A stretch of 18,111 nt of DNA, taken from positions 1-18,111 of the forward strand of contig JBMFOM010000032.1 of NCBI GenBank assembly GCA_049969615.1. The letters are read 5' to 3'. The notes beneath the pieces were generated by a model. That model did no database searches and was not told where the DNA came from. It saw only the letters and a program-made list of their open reading frames with translations. This DNA is from a candidate division WOR-3 bacterium (GTDB taxonomy: Bacteria > Hydrothermota > Hydrothermia > JBDRYB01). A program made the position numbers and the translations under genes. This document shows positions 1 through 8,382 of this stretch, in pieces. Position 1 is the first letter of the stretch. Every line of letters starts with the position of its first letter.

Positions 1-33
1 GACGCTATTTATCCTTCTGGTCCTCTCCTTCAT
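1..33 (-). CDS. Possible 5' end of a gene running off the window edge (MKERTRRINSV...)
   Basis: ATG at 33 on the minus strand is open to the edge and lies 6 nt after a TATTCT -10-like hexamer (40-45). Ambiguous: plus-strand 2..46 also reads as a plausible hydrophobic C-terminus (TLFILLVLSFIPRE*). Confidence 0.25.
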   Translation of the reverse strand, partial: MKERTRRINSV

Positions 34-180
34 ACCCAGAGAATAAGGCAAGTGGTCAATCAGGGGCCAGCTAGAGGACAGCCGGGTGAAGGATCACGGA
101 TTTTTCAGGGATTTTGAATCGTGAGTTTTCCGGGGCAGGCTTTGGTCAACTTGCAATTTGGTGTTTGTCTGAGAGCGTTA

Positions 181-1269
181 TCAAGCTGGACCGCCCCGGA
201 TTATTGCGTTCCTGATGTTTCTCACGAAGCTCTGGTAATAATAAACCGAATGCAGGGTTGCCAGGACAGGACCCAAAATCTCATCAGAAAGGAAAAGGTG
301 CCGAAGGTATGCCCTTGAGAAGTTCCTACAGACATAGCAATCACAGCCCGTATCAATTGGCTCGTGATCATCCTTGAACCTGGAGTTGCGAAGGTTAATT
401 TGCCCATGCCGCGTGAAAACCTGGCCTTTCCGTGCGTTCCTGGTTGGCAGAACGCAATCAAAGAGATCAAAACCTCGCTCAACCGCGTCGGCTATGTCCT
501 CCGGATAACCGACACCCATAACATAACGGGGTTTATCCTCTGGCAATATGCTGTCAAGGAGCTCAAGGACTGCATTGCGTTCCTCCCTGGTCTCGCCGAG
601 GGCCAGACCTCCAGCCGCATAGCCATCAAAGCCAATCTCAACCAGGGCTCTAGCGCAGTGCTCCCTGAGATCCGGATAAATAGACCCCTGGACTATAGTG
701 AACAACGCGCCACTGTGCCCGTTCTCCCTGAAATATCTGGCTGACCTCTCTGCCCACGAAAGGGTAAGGTCAACCGCCCTCGCGGCGTCATCCCTCCCGA
801 CCGGATACGGGGACGGCTCGTCAAGGGTCATGCGTATATCAGAACCAAACGTCTCTTGTAGATCGAGGACACGCTCGGGGGTGAAAAAATGGACCGAGCC
901 ATCCCTGTGGCTCTGGAACTGGACCCCATCCGGCATGACCTTTCTGAGCTTGGCCAGGCTATAGACCTGAAAACCGCCGGAATCTGTCAGAATTGACCTG
1001 TCCCAGGCCATGAACCCGTGCAGTCCTCCGGCATCCCTTATGAGATCAGGGCCAGGCGATATGGCGAGGTGATATGTGTTGGAGACAATCATCCAGGTCC
1101 CGGTCTGAAAGAGCATGGCAGGAGTCATTCCCTTGACGGTGGCTTGTGTAGCAACGGGCATGAAGCATGGCGTTGGAACCGGGCCGTGGGACGTGGTCAT
1201 CGCGCCAGCCCTGGCGCGACCACGCCTGGCCTCTATGCCAAATCCGAATGCTGTGCGTTCGGAATCCAT
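181..1269 (-). CDS. tgt: tRNA-guanine(34) transglycosylase
   Basis: Motifs TPCFMPV, NTYHL, catalytic TDSGGFQ, IVQG, KPRYVMGVG, FDCVLPTRNAR and the zinc site CDCYVC...H; 362 aa. Confidence 0.96.
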   Translation of the reverse strand: MDSERTAFGFGIEARRGRARAGAMTTSHGPVPTPCFMPVATQATVKGMTPAMLFQTGTWMIVSNTYHLAISPGPDLIRDAGGLHGFMAWDRSILTDSGGFQVYSLAKLRKVMPDGVQFQSHRDGSVHFFTPERVLDLQETFGSDIRMTLDEPSPYPVGRDDAARAVDLTLSWAERSARYFRENGHSGALFTIVQGSIYPDLREHCARALVEIGFDGYAAGGLALGETREERNAVLELLDSILPEDKPRYVMGVGYPEDIADAVERGFDLFDCVLPTRNARKGQVFTRHGQINLRNSRFKDDHEPIDTGCDCYVCRNFSRAYLRHLFLSDEILGPVLATLHSVYYYQSFVRNIRNAIIRGGPA

Positions 1270-2153
1270 ATCCTCAGAGCGGCCTTCTCGCAGGTTACCT
1301 CAAGGTTTCCGGGGCCGAGATGAAAAACCTCGCCGTCTATCTGTGTTATGGTCTGTTCTTTCAGCCGGTAGAGAGCTGACTCAGCCTGATCGTAGTGGAC
1401 TTCAGGCATTTCAAGGTGCTGGCCCTTTGTCACTCGCGATATGTTTTGGAGGAGCTTAAAAAACGAAACAGGTTCTATTATGTGGACATCCAGGAGACCA
1501 TCATTCATCCGTGCTCTGGGGAAAAGGACATAGCCGCCACCCATCACACGGCCTATTCCCGCGCCGGACATGAGGATTGGCCCAGAGTAGGCCAGCCTTC
1601 CGGCATTAACATCTATGTGGAGGGGCCGGAATCCACGAAATGCCGTTAGGGTTGAGACCAGATATAATGGAAAACCGGAAAGCCACTTAACCGAGTCTAT
1701 CTTTCGCGCGACCATAGCGTCAAAACCTAGGCCGAGGCCGTTCACGAAAACTGCCGAGAATCCCCCTGTCCTGACGAGGCCAACATCAATGGATACCTCG
1801 GAATGTGAGCGGAGCACTTCAAGGGATTCCTTGAGAGTGAAGCTCTTTCCGAAAAGGCTCTTTGGCAGGTCGTTTCCCCTGCCGCAGGGGATAAGGGACA
1901 TTGGCACACTCGTTCCAACCAGGGCCTCCGCGGCCTCCCTGAATGTGCCGTCGCCCCCCAAGCAGACGATTGCTTCTGCACCAGCGTCAATAAGGTCCCT
2001 GGTTTTCGCTGTTCCATCACCCCTTCTCTCCGTAACGCGGATTACCGGTTCGTGGGATATCTGGCGAATGTGATCTATTACATGTTTGGATAACTTGCCT
2101 GCCCTAAACTTGCCGGCCGCCGGATTAATTAGGAGACCGAGCCTCAGGGACAT
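1233..2153 (-). CDS. Diacylglycerol/lipid kinase family protein (YegS/BmrU-like)
   Basis: Motifs INPAAG, GGDGT, PCGRGNDL, GLGFDA, DGLLDV and QIDGE; 306 aa; overlaps the tgt start. Confidence 0.92.
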   Translation of the reverse strand: MSLRLGLLINPAAGKFRAGKLSKHVIDHIRQISHEPVIRVTERRGDGTAKTRDLIDAGAEAIVCLGGDGTFREAAEALVGTSVPMSLIPCGRGNDLPKSLFGKSFTLKESLEVLRSHSEVSIDVGLVRTGGFSAVFVNGLGLGFDAMVARKIDSVKWLSGFPLYLVSTLTAFRGFRPLHIDVNAGRLAYSGPILMSGAGIGRVMGGGYVLFPRARMNDGLLDVHIIEPVSFFKLLQNISRVTKGQHLEMPEVHYDQAESALYRLKEQTITQIDGEVFHLGPGNLEVTCEKAALRIWIPNAQHSDLA

Positions 2154-2162
2154 ACCCTCTAG

Positions 2163-2495
2163 CTATTGACCGGTAGCGGTCACCATCCTAATGATGAATT
2201 CGGCCGCGTCGTCTATGTGTTCCGAGGTCTTTCGGGCAAGCTCGTCAACCTTTTGCCTCCCGCGCGCGAGGGTATCGGCGACCTCCTCTTGAATGGCGAG
2301 CAGGCCCTTCTTTCTCATCATCTCTGCCCTGGCCTCTGCCTCTGATTCGGCTCTCGCCAATATCTTTTCGGCCTCTTGTCTGGCCCTCTCAATGGTCTCC
2401 GCGGCCCTTTGCTTGCCCTGACGAACAAGCTCCTCGGCCTTGGATTCGGCCTCTAGTCTGCAATCATCGTTCCAGGCCACGGTCTCTGTTTTCAT
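2163..2495 (-). CDS. Coiled-coil protein resembling V/A-type ATPase peripheral-stalk subunit G/H
   Basis: 110 aa Ala/Glu/Arg-rich helix (EAESKAEELVRQGKQRAAETIERARQEAEKIL), C-terminal IDDAAEFIIRMV, no transmembrane segment; tightly packed between its neighbours. Confidence 0.6.
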   Translation of the reverse strand: MKTETVAWNDDCRLEAESKAEELVRQGKQRAAETIERARQEAEKILARAESEAEARAEMMRKKGLLAIQEEVADTLARGRQKVDELARKTSEHIDDAAEFIIRMVTATGQ

Positions 2496-2496
2496 A

Positions 2497-3165
2497 TCAG
2501 AACCTCTCTGCCTTCTTACCTGTAAACAATATCACAAGGCCAAAGCTTAAAGCGATGGCTCGCGGTCGTTCAAATCCTGCGTCTGCCATCTCCTTGAGGA
2601 ACCGACGCTTTGGGCCGAAATTTTCCACTGACCTGGCAAAGTATCTGTATGCTGAGGTATCGCTTCCGATCAATCTTGCCAAGAGGGGAATGATGAAACG
2701 AGCGTAGAGCCTGAACGCGAGACACACCGCAGGATTATCCGGCAGGACCGATTCTAGCGCAACCAGCTTTCCGCCAGGTCTCAGAACCCGCATGGCCTCA
2801 AAGAGGGCCGTGCCTCTTGCCGGAATATTCCGTATTCCCCATGCTATGCTTACCGAATCAAAAGAGGCTGAGGCAAAGGGAAGGGAGGTAGCATCAGCCC
2901 TAACAAGCGGAATGGCGCCTGACTTGGCCCTCGCGGCCACGAGCATCGCAATGTCACCATCAAGTCCTATGACAGAAAGCCCTCTCCCGGCTGATGCGAT
3001 GGCCATCTCACCGGTGCCGCAACAGAGGTCAAGAACGAGTCCGGAGCACTCGGCCGAGGCCTTGGCGCGCCAGCCAGCATCTAAGCCCAGGCTCATCAGC
3101 TTGTTCATCCGGTCATAGTTGCGGACTATCCGTGAGAACATACGGGGAGAACCGTCGTCATTCAT
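2497..3165 (-). CDS. menG: UbiE/MenG-family quinone biosynthesis C-methyltransferase
   Basis: MFSRIVRNYDRMNKLMSLGLDAGWR, SAM motif VLDLCCGTG, DATSLPF, GIRN, RVLRPGG, AYRYF. The start could be the later Met of MFSRI. Confidence 0.88.
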   Translation of the reverse strand: MNDDGSPRMFSRIVRNYDRMNKLMSLGLDAGWRAKASAECSGLVLDLCCGTGEMAIASAGRGLSVIGLDGDIAMLVAARAKSGAIPLVRADATSLPFASASFDSVSIAWGIRNIPARGTALFEAMRVLRPGGKLVALESVLPDNPAVCLAFRLYARFIIPLLARLIGSDTSAYRYFARSVENFGPKRRFLKEMADAGFERPRAIALSFGLVILFTGKKAERF

Positions 3166-3250
3166 AATTGTCTATAATCTGTTGGACAGGCCACAGAAAC
3201 ATCTCTCATATCGTTTAGCCCGGGATAAATCTCACGGGTCAGGTCGCTCA

Positions 3251-4894
3251 CTAATAAGGGAACCAGACCAGCTTCTTTTGGCAGGATGATTCCCCGACGG
3301 TTAGGTTGACGAAATAGATACCTTTTGGCATCTTTCTTCCGGACTCGTCCATCCCATCCCATGATACCCAGTATGTGCCGGGTTCCATCTGTCCCCTGTC
3401 AAGAACTTTGATTGTCTTGCCCGATGACTCCACGACCCTGATCTCGGCCCAGGATGGTTTTTCTATGATGTAGATGATGCCGGCCGTGCCGAAAGCAGGA
3501 TTGGGAATGAGTTTGATGCTCGTGTCGGATAGCTCGGGTTCGGACTGAGCGGGCTTCACCCTTCCGGAGGAGAGTTCAACCACTGAAGCCAGTTTGGGTT
3601 TTCTGATGATGTTCTTGCCTCCATCGCATGACCAGAGGGCAATTATGGAATCAACCTGTTCTCTATCCCCGAGTCCAAAGATGATGTCCGGGGAACCCAT
3701 GCTCAGGGAGTTTATGGACGCGCCGACCTGGGTAGTTCTGATGAGATCTTGCGAGTAGAGAGTTATCCTGTCGCCCGGAGCCGGACCCTTTATCCTGACC
3801 TTGATGTAATTGCCCCTCGCGGTGATGTTCTCCAGAAGACGCAGGGAGCCATTTGCCACCAGGGCTATGTCAGGGTCGCCATCACTATCATAGTCACCAA
3901 CTGCCAGGGTCCTGGCTCCGGTAAAGGCGTCCAGGCCCCACGAGGATGTTCTGTCAACAAACAGCCCGTCCTCGTTGATCATGAGAATGATCTTACCCTC
4001 CTTCGTGATGAGGAGAAGGTCCTCCAGGCCGTCCAGATCCACATCAGCGAATATGCCGTCCCTGAGGGGCGGTAGGCCCGAAAGCCATAGCTCCTGAGTA
4101 ATATCCTGGAACCCTCCTGACCTGTTGGCGAGAAGATGTCCCCCATCTTCAGAGCACACGAAGAGGTCATAAAAACCATCGCCATCGTAATCCCCAGCAA
4201 TAACACCCCTGGTTTCGGAGGCCCCGGCACTGAAGGATAGCCGGCCCATATCCTCTTTTGAGCCCTTTATGACCAAGATTCCCTCATCCTTCTGGGAAAG
4301 GATTATGTCCGGATAAAGGTCTCGGTTGAGGTCAATTGCAAGGGCAGAGAAACCGTCAGCGGACAGAGACGCCAGTTCCGGAGGCGTCTCGTTTCTGAAA
4401 CCATTGGGTCCGGAAACCCAGAGCCTGTGGCCAGGCTCATTTATAAGCGAGGTGTTGAGCTCCAGGAGGTCAAGCCTGCCATCGCAATTCACATCAATGG
4501 GAATAAGTCTCCTGGTTGATCGGTCTCCGGTAAAGCCCATCTCCCCAGATATATCCCGGAATGTCCCGGCCTTTCGTTTCATAAATACAATGGGCGAGCC
4601 GAGGTGGGAGCTGGCGCCGATTATCTCAAAAGCCCCGTCGTAATCCATGTCCCAGGCCAGAAGGCCCAGCAGGCCCGGCACAGCCCCTCCCGTTTCCTCG
4701 GCAGTGGCGTCCACGAATTTGCCCCCCTTGTTCCGCAGGAACCTCGTACCTCCATCATCAGGGGAACCAGCAACGATGTCCAGGTCTCCGTCGCCGTCGT
4801 AATCGCAAAAGGCCACGGACCTGATGCCGGATACCCCCAATAACCCAGACTGAGGGGTGACATCACAAAACACGAACAACAACCACACTACCAC
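3251..4894 (-). CDS. Secreted FG-GAP/VCBS-repeat (CRTAC1/ASPIC-UnbV-like) protein with C-terminal FlgD-Ig/T9SS-type domain
   Basis: Repeated DxDxDGxxD loops (DYDGDGDLD, DMDYDGAFE, DVNCDGRLD, DYDGDGFYD, DVDLDGLED, DYDSDGDPD), ASPIC-like IFGLGD...W, and C-terminal PNP...WDGMDESGRKMPKGIYFV. Start moved from TTG 4915 to GTG 4894 because 4915 falls inside the predicted promoter. Confidence 0.85.
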   Translation of the reverse strand: MVVWLLFVFCDVTPQSGLLGVSGIRSVAFCDYDGDGDLDIVAGSPDDGGTRFLRNKGGKFVDATAEETGGAVPGLLGLLAWDMDYDGAFEIIGASSHLGSPIVFMKRKAGTFRDISGEMGFTGDRSTRRLIPIDVNCDGRLDLLELNTSLINEPGHRLWVSGPNGFRNETPPELASLSADGFSALAIDLNRDLYPDIILSQKDEGILVIKGSKEDMGRLSFSAGASETRGVIAGDYDGDGFYDLFVCSEDGGHLLANRSGGFQDITQELWLSGLPPLRDGIFADVDLDGLEDLLLITKEGKIILMINEDGLFVDRTSSWGLDAFTGARTLAVGDYDSDGDPDIALVANGSLRLLENITARGNYIKVRIKGPAPGDRITLYSQDLIRTTQVGASINSLSMGSPDIIFGLGDREQVDSIIALWSCDGGKNIIRKPKLASVVELSSGRVKPAQSEPELSDTSIKLIPNPAFGTAGIIYIIEKPSWAEIRVVESSGKTIKVLDRGQMEPGTYWVSWDGMDESGRKMPKGIYFVNLTVGESSCQKKLVWFPY

Positions 4895-4903
4895 AGGTTG
4901 ATA

Positions 4904-4932
4904 ATCATAAACCAAAAGTCACGGCCGATCAA
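4904..4932 (-). promoter_or_regulatory. Sigma70-type promoter TTGATC-N17-TATGAT
   Basis: Minus strand reads TTGATC GGCCGTGACTTTTGGTT TATGAT; the first 15 nt are identical to the promoter at 17999-18013. Confidence 0.65.
4918..4932. repeat. 15-bp dispersed direct repeat GTCACGGCCGATCAA, copy 1 (copy 2 at 17999-18013)
   Basis: Exact match read directly from the sequence. Confidence 0.85.
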
Positions 4933-4962
4933 CTAAGCGCAGTCTCAGGTTTTTCGTCCTCT

Positions 4963-5637
4963 TCACGAGGGAAATTCTCGGGCGACCGGCGGATACCCCG
5001 GCAATTTCTCCAGGGGGCAGTTCAAGCAAAGTGGGCCGGTCCTCTTACACCTGGTCTTACCCAGCTGGACGAAAAGAGCGTGGAATTCGTTGAACATCAG
5101 CGTATCATGGGGAAGGTTCTCGTGAAAAAGGGACTGAACCCTCCCGTAGTCAGCGTCATGGTCAATAATATCGTGCCTGGCCAGAACCCTTATGGTATAG
5201 GTATCAACAACGAAAACCGGCCGCCCAAGCGCGTATAAGAGGATGCTGTCAGCGGTCTCCGGCCCTATTCCCCGTACAGATAACAATGATTTCCGGAGTG
5301 CATCGGTTTCCATAGCCTCCATAGCCTCAAACCCGCCGGTCTGCCTGAACCAAAGAAGAAAATCCTTTATCTTCCTGGCCTTCTGATTGAAATACCCCGC
5401 TGGCCTTATGAGGGCCGCGAGCTCAGCGGGTTCCAGGCCGAGGAGGGAATCCGGCTCAAAAACCCCGGCGGATTTAAGATTATCTATGGCCTTCTTAACA
5501 TTCGTCCACGCAGTGTTCTGGGTGAGAATAGCGCCGATGCAGACCTCAAAAGGGGTTTCGGCTGGCCACCATTCCTGGGGGCCATAGGCAGACAAAAGCG
5601 TTTTGTATATTTCTCTAAGGGTATCAGCCGTTCTCAT
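4963..5637 (-). CDS. HhH-GPD endonuclease III-like DNA glycosylase (COG2231-type)
   Basis: YGPQEWWP, GAILTQNTAWTNV, IRPAGYFNQKA, HhH LLSVRGIGPETADSILLY, VVDTY, EFHALFV and a C-terminal Cys cluster. Confidence 0.9.
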   Translation of the reverse strand: MRTADTLREIYKTLLSAYGPQEWWPAETPFEVCIGAILTQNTAWTNVKKAIDNLKSAGVFEPDSLLGLEPAELAALIRPAGYFNQKARKIKDFLLWFRQTGGFEAMEAMETDALRKSLLSVRGIGPETADSILLYALGRPVFVVDTYTIRVLARHDIIDHDADYGRVQSLFHENLPHDTLMFNEFHALFVQLGKTRCKRTGPLCLNCPLEKLPGYPPVAREFPS

Positions 5638-7000
5638 GACCCCTTATCCTCGCAACAACCCAAAGAATCTTTTCTTTGCTCGTGAGCACGGCTATCCAGA
5701 GAAAGGCTGTGACCTCCCTCGGAACAACGCGGGCGGACCCCTTCTTGTGCTCAGCGAACCGTGGCATGAATATCTGCACGACGAGCCTGAGGAACGCGGT
5801 CGCTACAAAAAGGATTGTGAAGTTATTGATTAAGAGGCCATAGCCCTTGAAATAGAGTCCGGAGAAGGCAGCAGCAAGCCACGAACCCACGAGGCTCGTA
5901 AGGAACGCGGCAAGACCCGTAGCAAATGAATATATGGCGACCGATGAGTCTCCAGATTCTCCGCGGTGCTCCATGAGCAAATATAGGGCCGCTAGGTTGA
6001 TCCCAGGCCATACCACGCCAGAGAGGCCAGCGTCAATCCATATAGGTATGAGGTTTGTTCTATCGGCAAAGGGCCATACAAGCGGGGTTAGGATGGCACC
6101 GACAGAACAGAACCTGAGAACCGCCCTCGCGCCTGTTCTGTCAATTATCCACCCCCAGAGGATATGGGAAAAGAAAACACAAACGCCGGCTATAGCTGTG
6201 TAGAAAGAAACCTGGGTATAGGTCATGCCCAGGTTCTTGAACATATGCGCTCCCCAAAATGGCGATGAGAGGCCGTTGACCAGGGCCCAGACCATGAAAT
6301 AAATGAGAAAAACCCGGTAATTCTTGTTCACGAGGGGCTTTAGCAAGGCAACGCCAGCGTCACGGAAGCCCTTTGCCTCCGGCCTCCGACCCTCATAGTG
6401 AAAGAAAAACAGGACGAGGGAGGCCACAGCCAACCCAAAAGCGATGACAAACAGGATGGTGTATCCTTGGAACTCCGCGCCAGCCTTTTTGTAATGATCC
6501 AGGAAGAGACCGGCTCCGATTGTTCCGGCGAGACTCACGATGGAGAGTATGCCTGAGCGCTGACCAAAATATCTTCCTCTTATCTCTGTTGGAACCAGAT
6601 CAGTGAACCACGCGAGCCAGGCGTTTCCGCTCATAGCATTTGCGGCTAAAGAAACCCCAACGAGGAAAACGAAGATCCAAGCCTTGCCGGCCGGACCAAT
6701 TGCCAACATAGGGATGAGGGGAGCCAGAAGCCAGATTGACCTGGAGAGGAAACCCGTCCAGATGGTGGTTCCTTTGCGTTGGCCAGTTGATTCAACCAGA
6801 TAGGCGGCCAGGAAACCGAATAGGGTTGCCAAAAAGGAGAAAGCGCCCAATATCCCGATTTGGAAATCAGAGGCGCCCAGGAGAATAGCGAAGGCAATGG
6901 GATAGAGGCCAATGGTGTATGAGTTATGGAGGGCAACTGCCGCCCCCTCAAAGTAGGAGAGAAGCAATGTTCTTTTTGTCGGAGGGGAAAGCTCTGTCAA
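5624..7000 (-). CDS. Major facilitator superfamily transporter
   Basis: 458 aa with about 12 hydrophobic helices; DLVPTEIRGRYFGQR and motif-A-like WGWIIDRTGAR; overlaps the glycosylase start. Confidence 0.88.
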   Translation of the reverse strand: MTELSPPTKRTLLLSYFEGAAVALHNSYTIGLYPIAFAILLGASDFQIGILGAFSFLATLFGFLAAYLVESTGQRKGTTIWTGFLSRSIWLLAPLIPMLAIGPAGKAWIFVFLVGVSLAANAMSGNAWLAWFTDLVPTEIRGRYFGQRSGILSIVSLAGTIGAGLFLDHYKKAGAEFQGYTILFVIAFGLAVASLVLFFFHYEGRRPEAKGFRDAGVALLKPLVNKNYRVFLIYFMVWALVNGLSSPFWGAHMFKNLGMTYTQVSFYTAIAGVCVFFSHILWGWIIDRTGARAVLRFCSVGAILTPLVWPFADRTNLIPIWIDAGLSGVVWPGINLAALYLLMEHRGESGDSSVAIYSFATGLAAFLTSLVGSWLAAAFSGLYFKGYGLLINNFTILFVATAFLRLVVQIFMPRFAEHKKGSARVVPREVTAFLWIAVLTSKEKILWVVARIRGHENG

Positions 7001-7008
7001 GGATGAAA

Positions 7009-7038
7009 ATTATAAAGAAGCAGGTTAAAAATTATCAG
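7009..7038 (-). promoter_or_regulatory. Putative promoter for the MFS-glycosylase pair (CTGATA-N18-TATAAT)
   Basis: Perfect TATAAT at 7014-7009, 8 nt before TTG 7000; the -35 match is weak. Confidence 0.4.
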
Positions 7039-7150
7039 CTACGGCAACCAGGCCCATGGTTTGAGGGCTTCTGGTTCAAATCAGTAAGTTATCGCTACCT
7101 TATCAGGGGTCAATCTTTCTGAGCTATAACAAGAGACAATGTACTCTCGC

Positions 7151-7978
7151 CTATCTTCCCAACATCTTCTCGGCCTTCTCCGCGCCTTTTTTCGCGTCCT
7201 CGTGTTTCGGGTCAATCTTTAGGACCTCCTTCCAATAGAAGAGGGCTGTTCTGTAGTCCTCGTTGGCATAGGCTTCCACACCCTTGAGATACAGTTCCCG
7301 AACCTTTCTAGATTTGCCAGAGGACTTTTCGGCAAGGGTATAATAATCCTTTAGACCCGACTGGAAACGCAGGGAACAGGTCTTTCTGTATAGGCTTAGA
7401 ACGGATTCCAGGGGTTTGGAACCAGGGAATTCCTTCACTACTGTTTTGACAGCCGAAAGCGCGTCGTCCGGCCTCATGGAAACGGGGCCAGAAAAGAGAA
7501 TATCTGAGAGAAAACCCGCAGCCTCGTCGCTCAGCTTGGCCTCAGGGAGCTTGGCGGCCAGCCATTCAGCGAGCGCGGCAGAGTATGCCCACGCGAGGCA
7601 GGCCTTCCTGGCGCTCTCGGCGGACCCATCTTTTTGAAAGGCTAAAATGAGCGCTTCTGCTCCTGGCGGGAGGTTTTCCTTGATGACCTTCAGGCCTGAC
7701 CAGTTGTTCAGGTCATGTTCGGCCATCGCGAGCGGGATCAGGGCATCCCGACCAAAGATCGCTTCCCTGTCCCCGGGAAACCTGATGTGGCCGAGCAATT
7801 TCTCCTTGTCTTTTTTGGAAAGCTCGGCAAAGATGGAATCGTTGAACGACGGCTTCTGTTCAGAGAGCCAGAAGCGCTTGCCATCCTTTTCAACCAGGAC
7901 ATCCGGGCAAAGACCAAGCCCGTAACCTAGTCCGACGACTCTGACCGCGGCCAAAAGCGCAAAAACCAGCCAATTCAA
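7151..7978 (-). CDS. Exported tetratricopeptide-repeat protein
   Basis: Hydrophobic N-terminus MNWLVFALLAAV; C-terminal TPR LYLKGVEAYANEDYRTALFYWKEVLKIDPKH; AGGAGG 8 nt before the TTG start, which overlaps the upstream stop. Confidence 0.75.
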   Translation of the reverse strand: MNWLVFALLAAVRVVGLGYGLGLCPDVLVEKDGKRFWLSEQKPSFNDSIFAELSKKDKEKLLGHIRFPGDREAIFGRDALIPLAMAEHDLNNWSGLKVIKENLPPGAEALILAFQKDGSAESARKACLAWAYSAALAEWLAAKLPEAKLSDEAAGFLSDILFSGPVSMRPDDALSAVKTVVKEFPGSKPLESVLSLYRKTCSLRFQSGLKDYYTLAEKSSGKSRKVRELYLKGVEAYANEDYRTALFYWKEVLKIDPKHEDAKKGAEKAEKMLGR

Positions 7979-8382
7979 AATTCCAACCTCCTCTTGCCGC
8001 GTTCGCGGACCACCTTTGCCCTGGTGGGCGCAGTGGTTTTGCCTCTGATGATGAACCGGTTGACATCCTCGTCAATTAGAAATGTGTCAGCTCTTATGTC
8101 CCGGAGGAGCTCCTTTCGTTCGTTATCCGGCATGAGCGCAAGCCTGATGTTCCAACGAACCCTGGCCTCCTCGGAGAGAAGGTCTGCGGCCTTATTTGTT
8201 TTGCCTCTCTTGAGGGACCTGATGAAATCGGAGACCTCCCGAAAACCAGGGGTCTCCTGTGCGGCCGGGGTGAAGTTCAGGTCTTTTTTGCCCCAGGGCA
8301 GTAGGTCACAACCCCCTGTCATGGTTATAAACACTGCAAAAACGGAGATCAGCAAAAGGTAGCGAGCGGACATCTTTCTCAT
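7975..8382 (-). CDS. Hypothetical lipoprotein
   Basis: Basic n-region, hydrophobic stretch and lipobox-like TGG-C (Cys25); ATGA overlap with the prfB stop. Confidence 0.65.
   Translation of the reverse strand: MRKMSARYLLLISVFAVFITMTGGCDLLPWGKKDLNFTPAAQETPGFREVSDFIRSLKRGKTNKAADLLSEEARVRWNIRLALMPDNERKELLRDIRADTFLIDEDVNRFIIRGKTTAPTRAKVVRERGKRRLEF

Noticed and set aside
3840..4830. Recurrent gtcgcc/atc/gtc-type words that could suggest a DNA repeat array
   Set aside because: Explained by the protein-level FG-GAP DxDxDG repeats; there is no fixed repeat-spacer periodicity, so this is not CRISPR.
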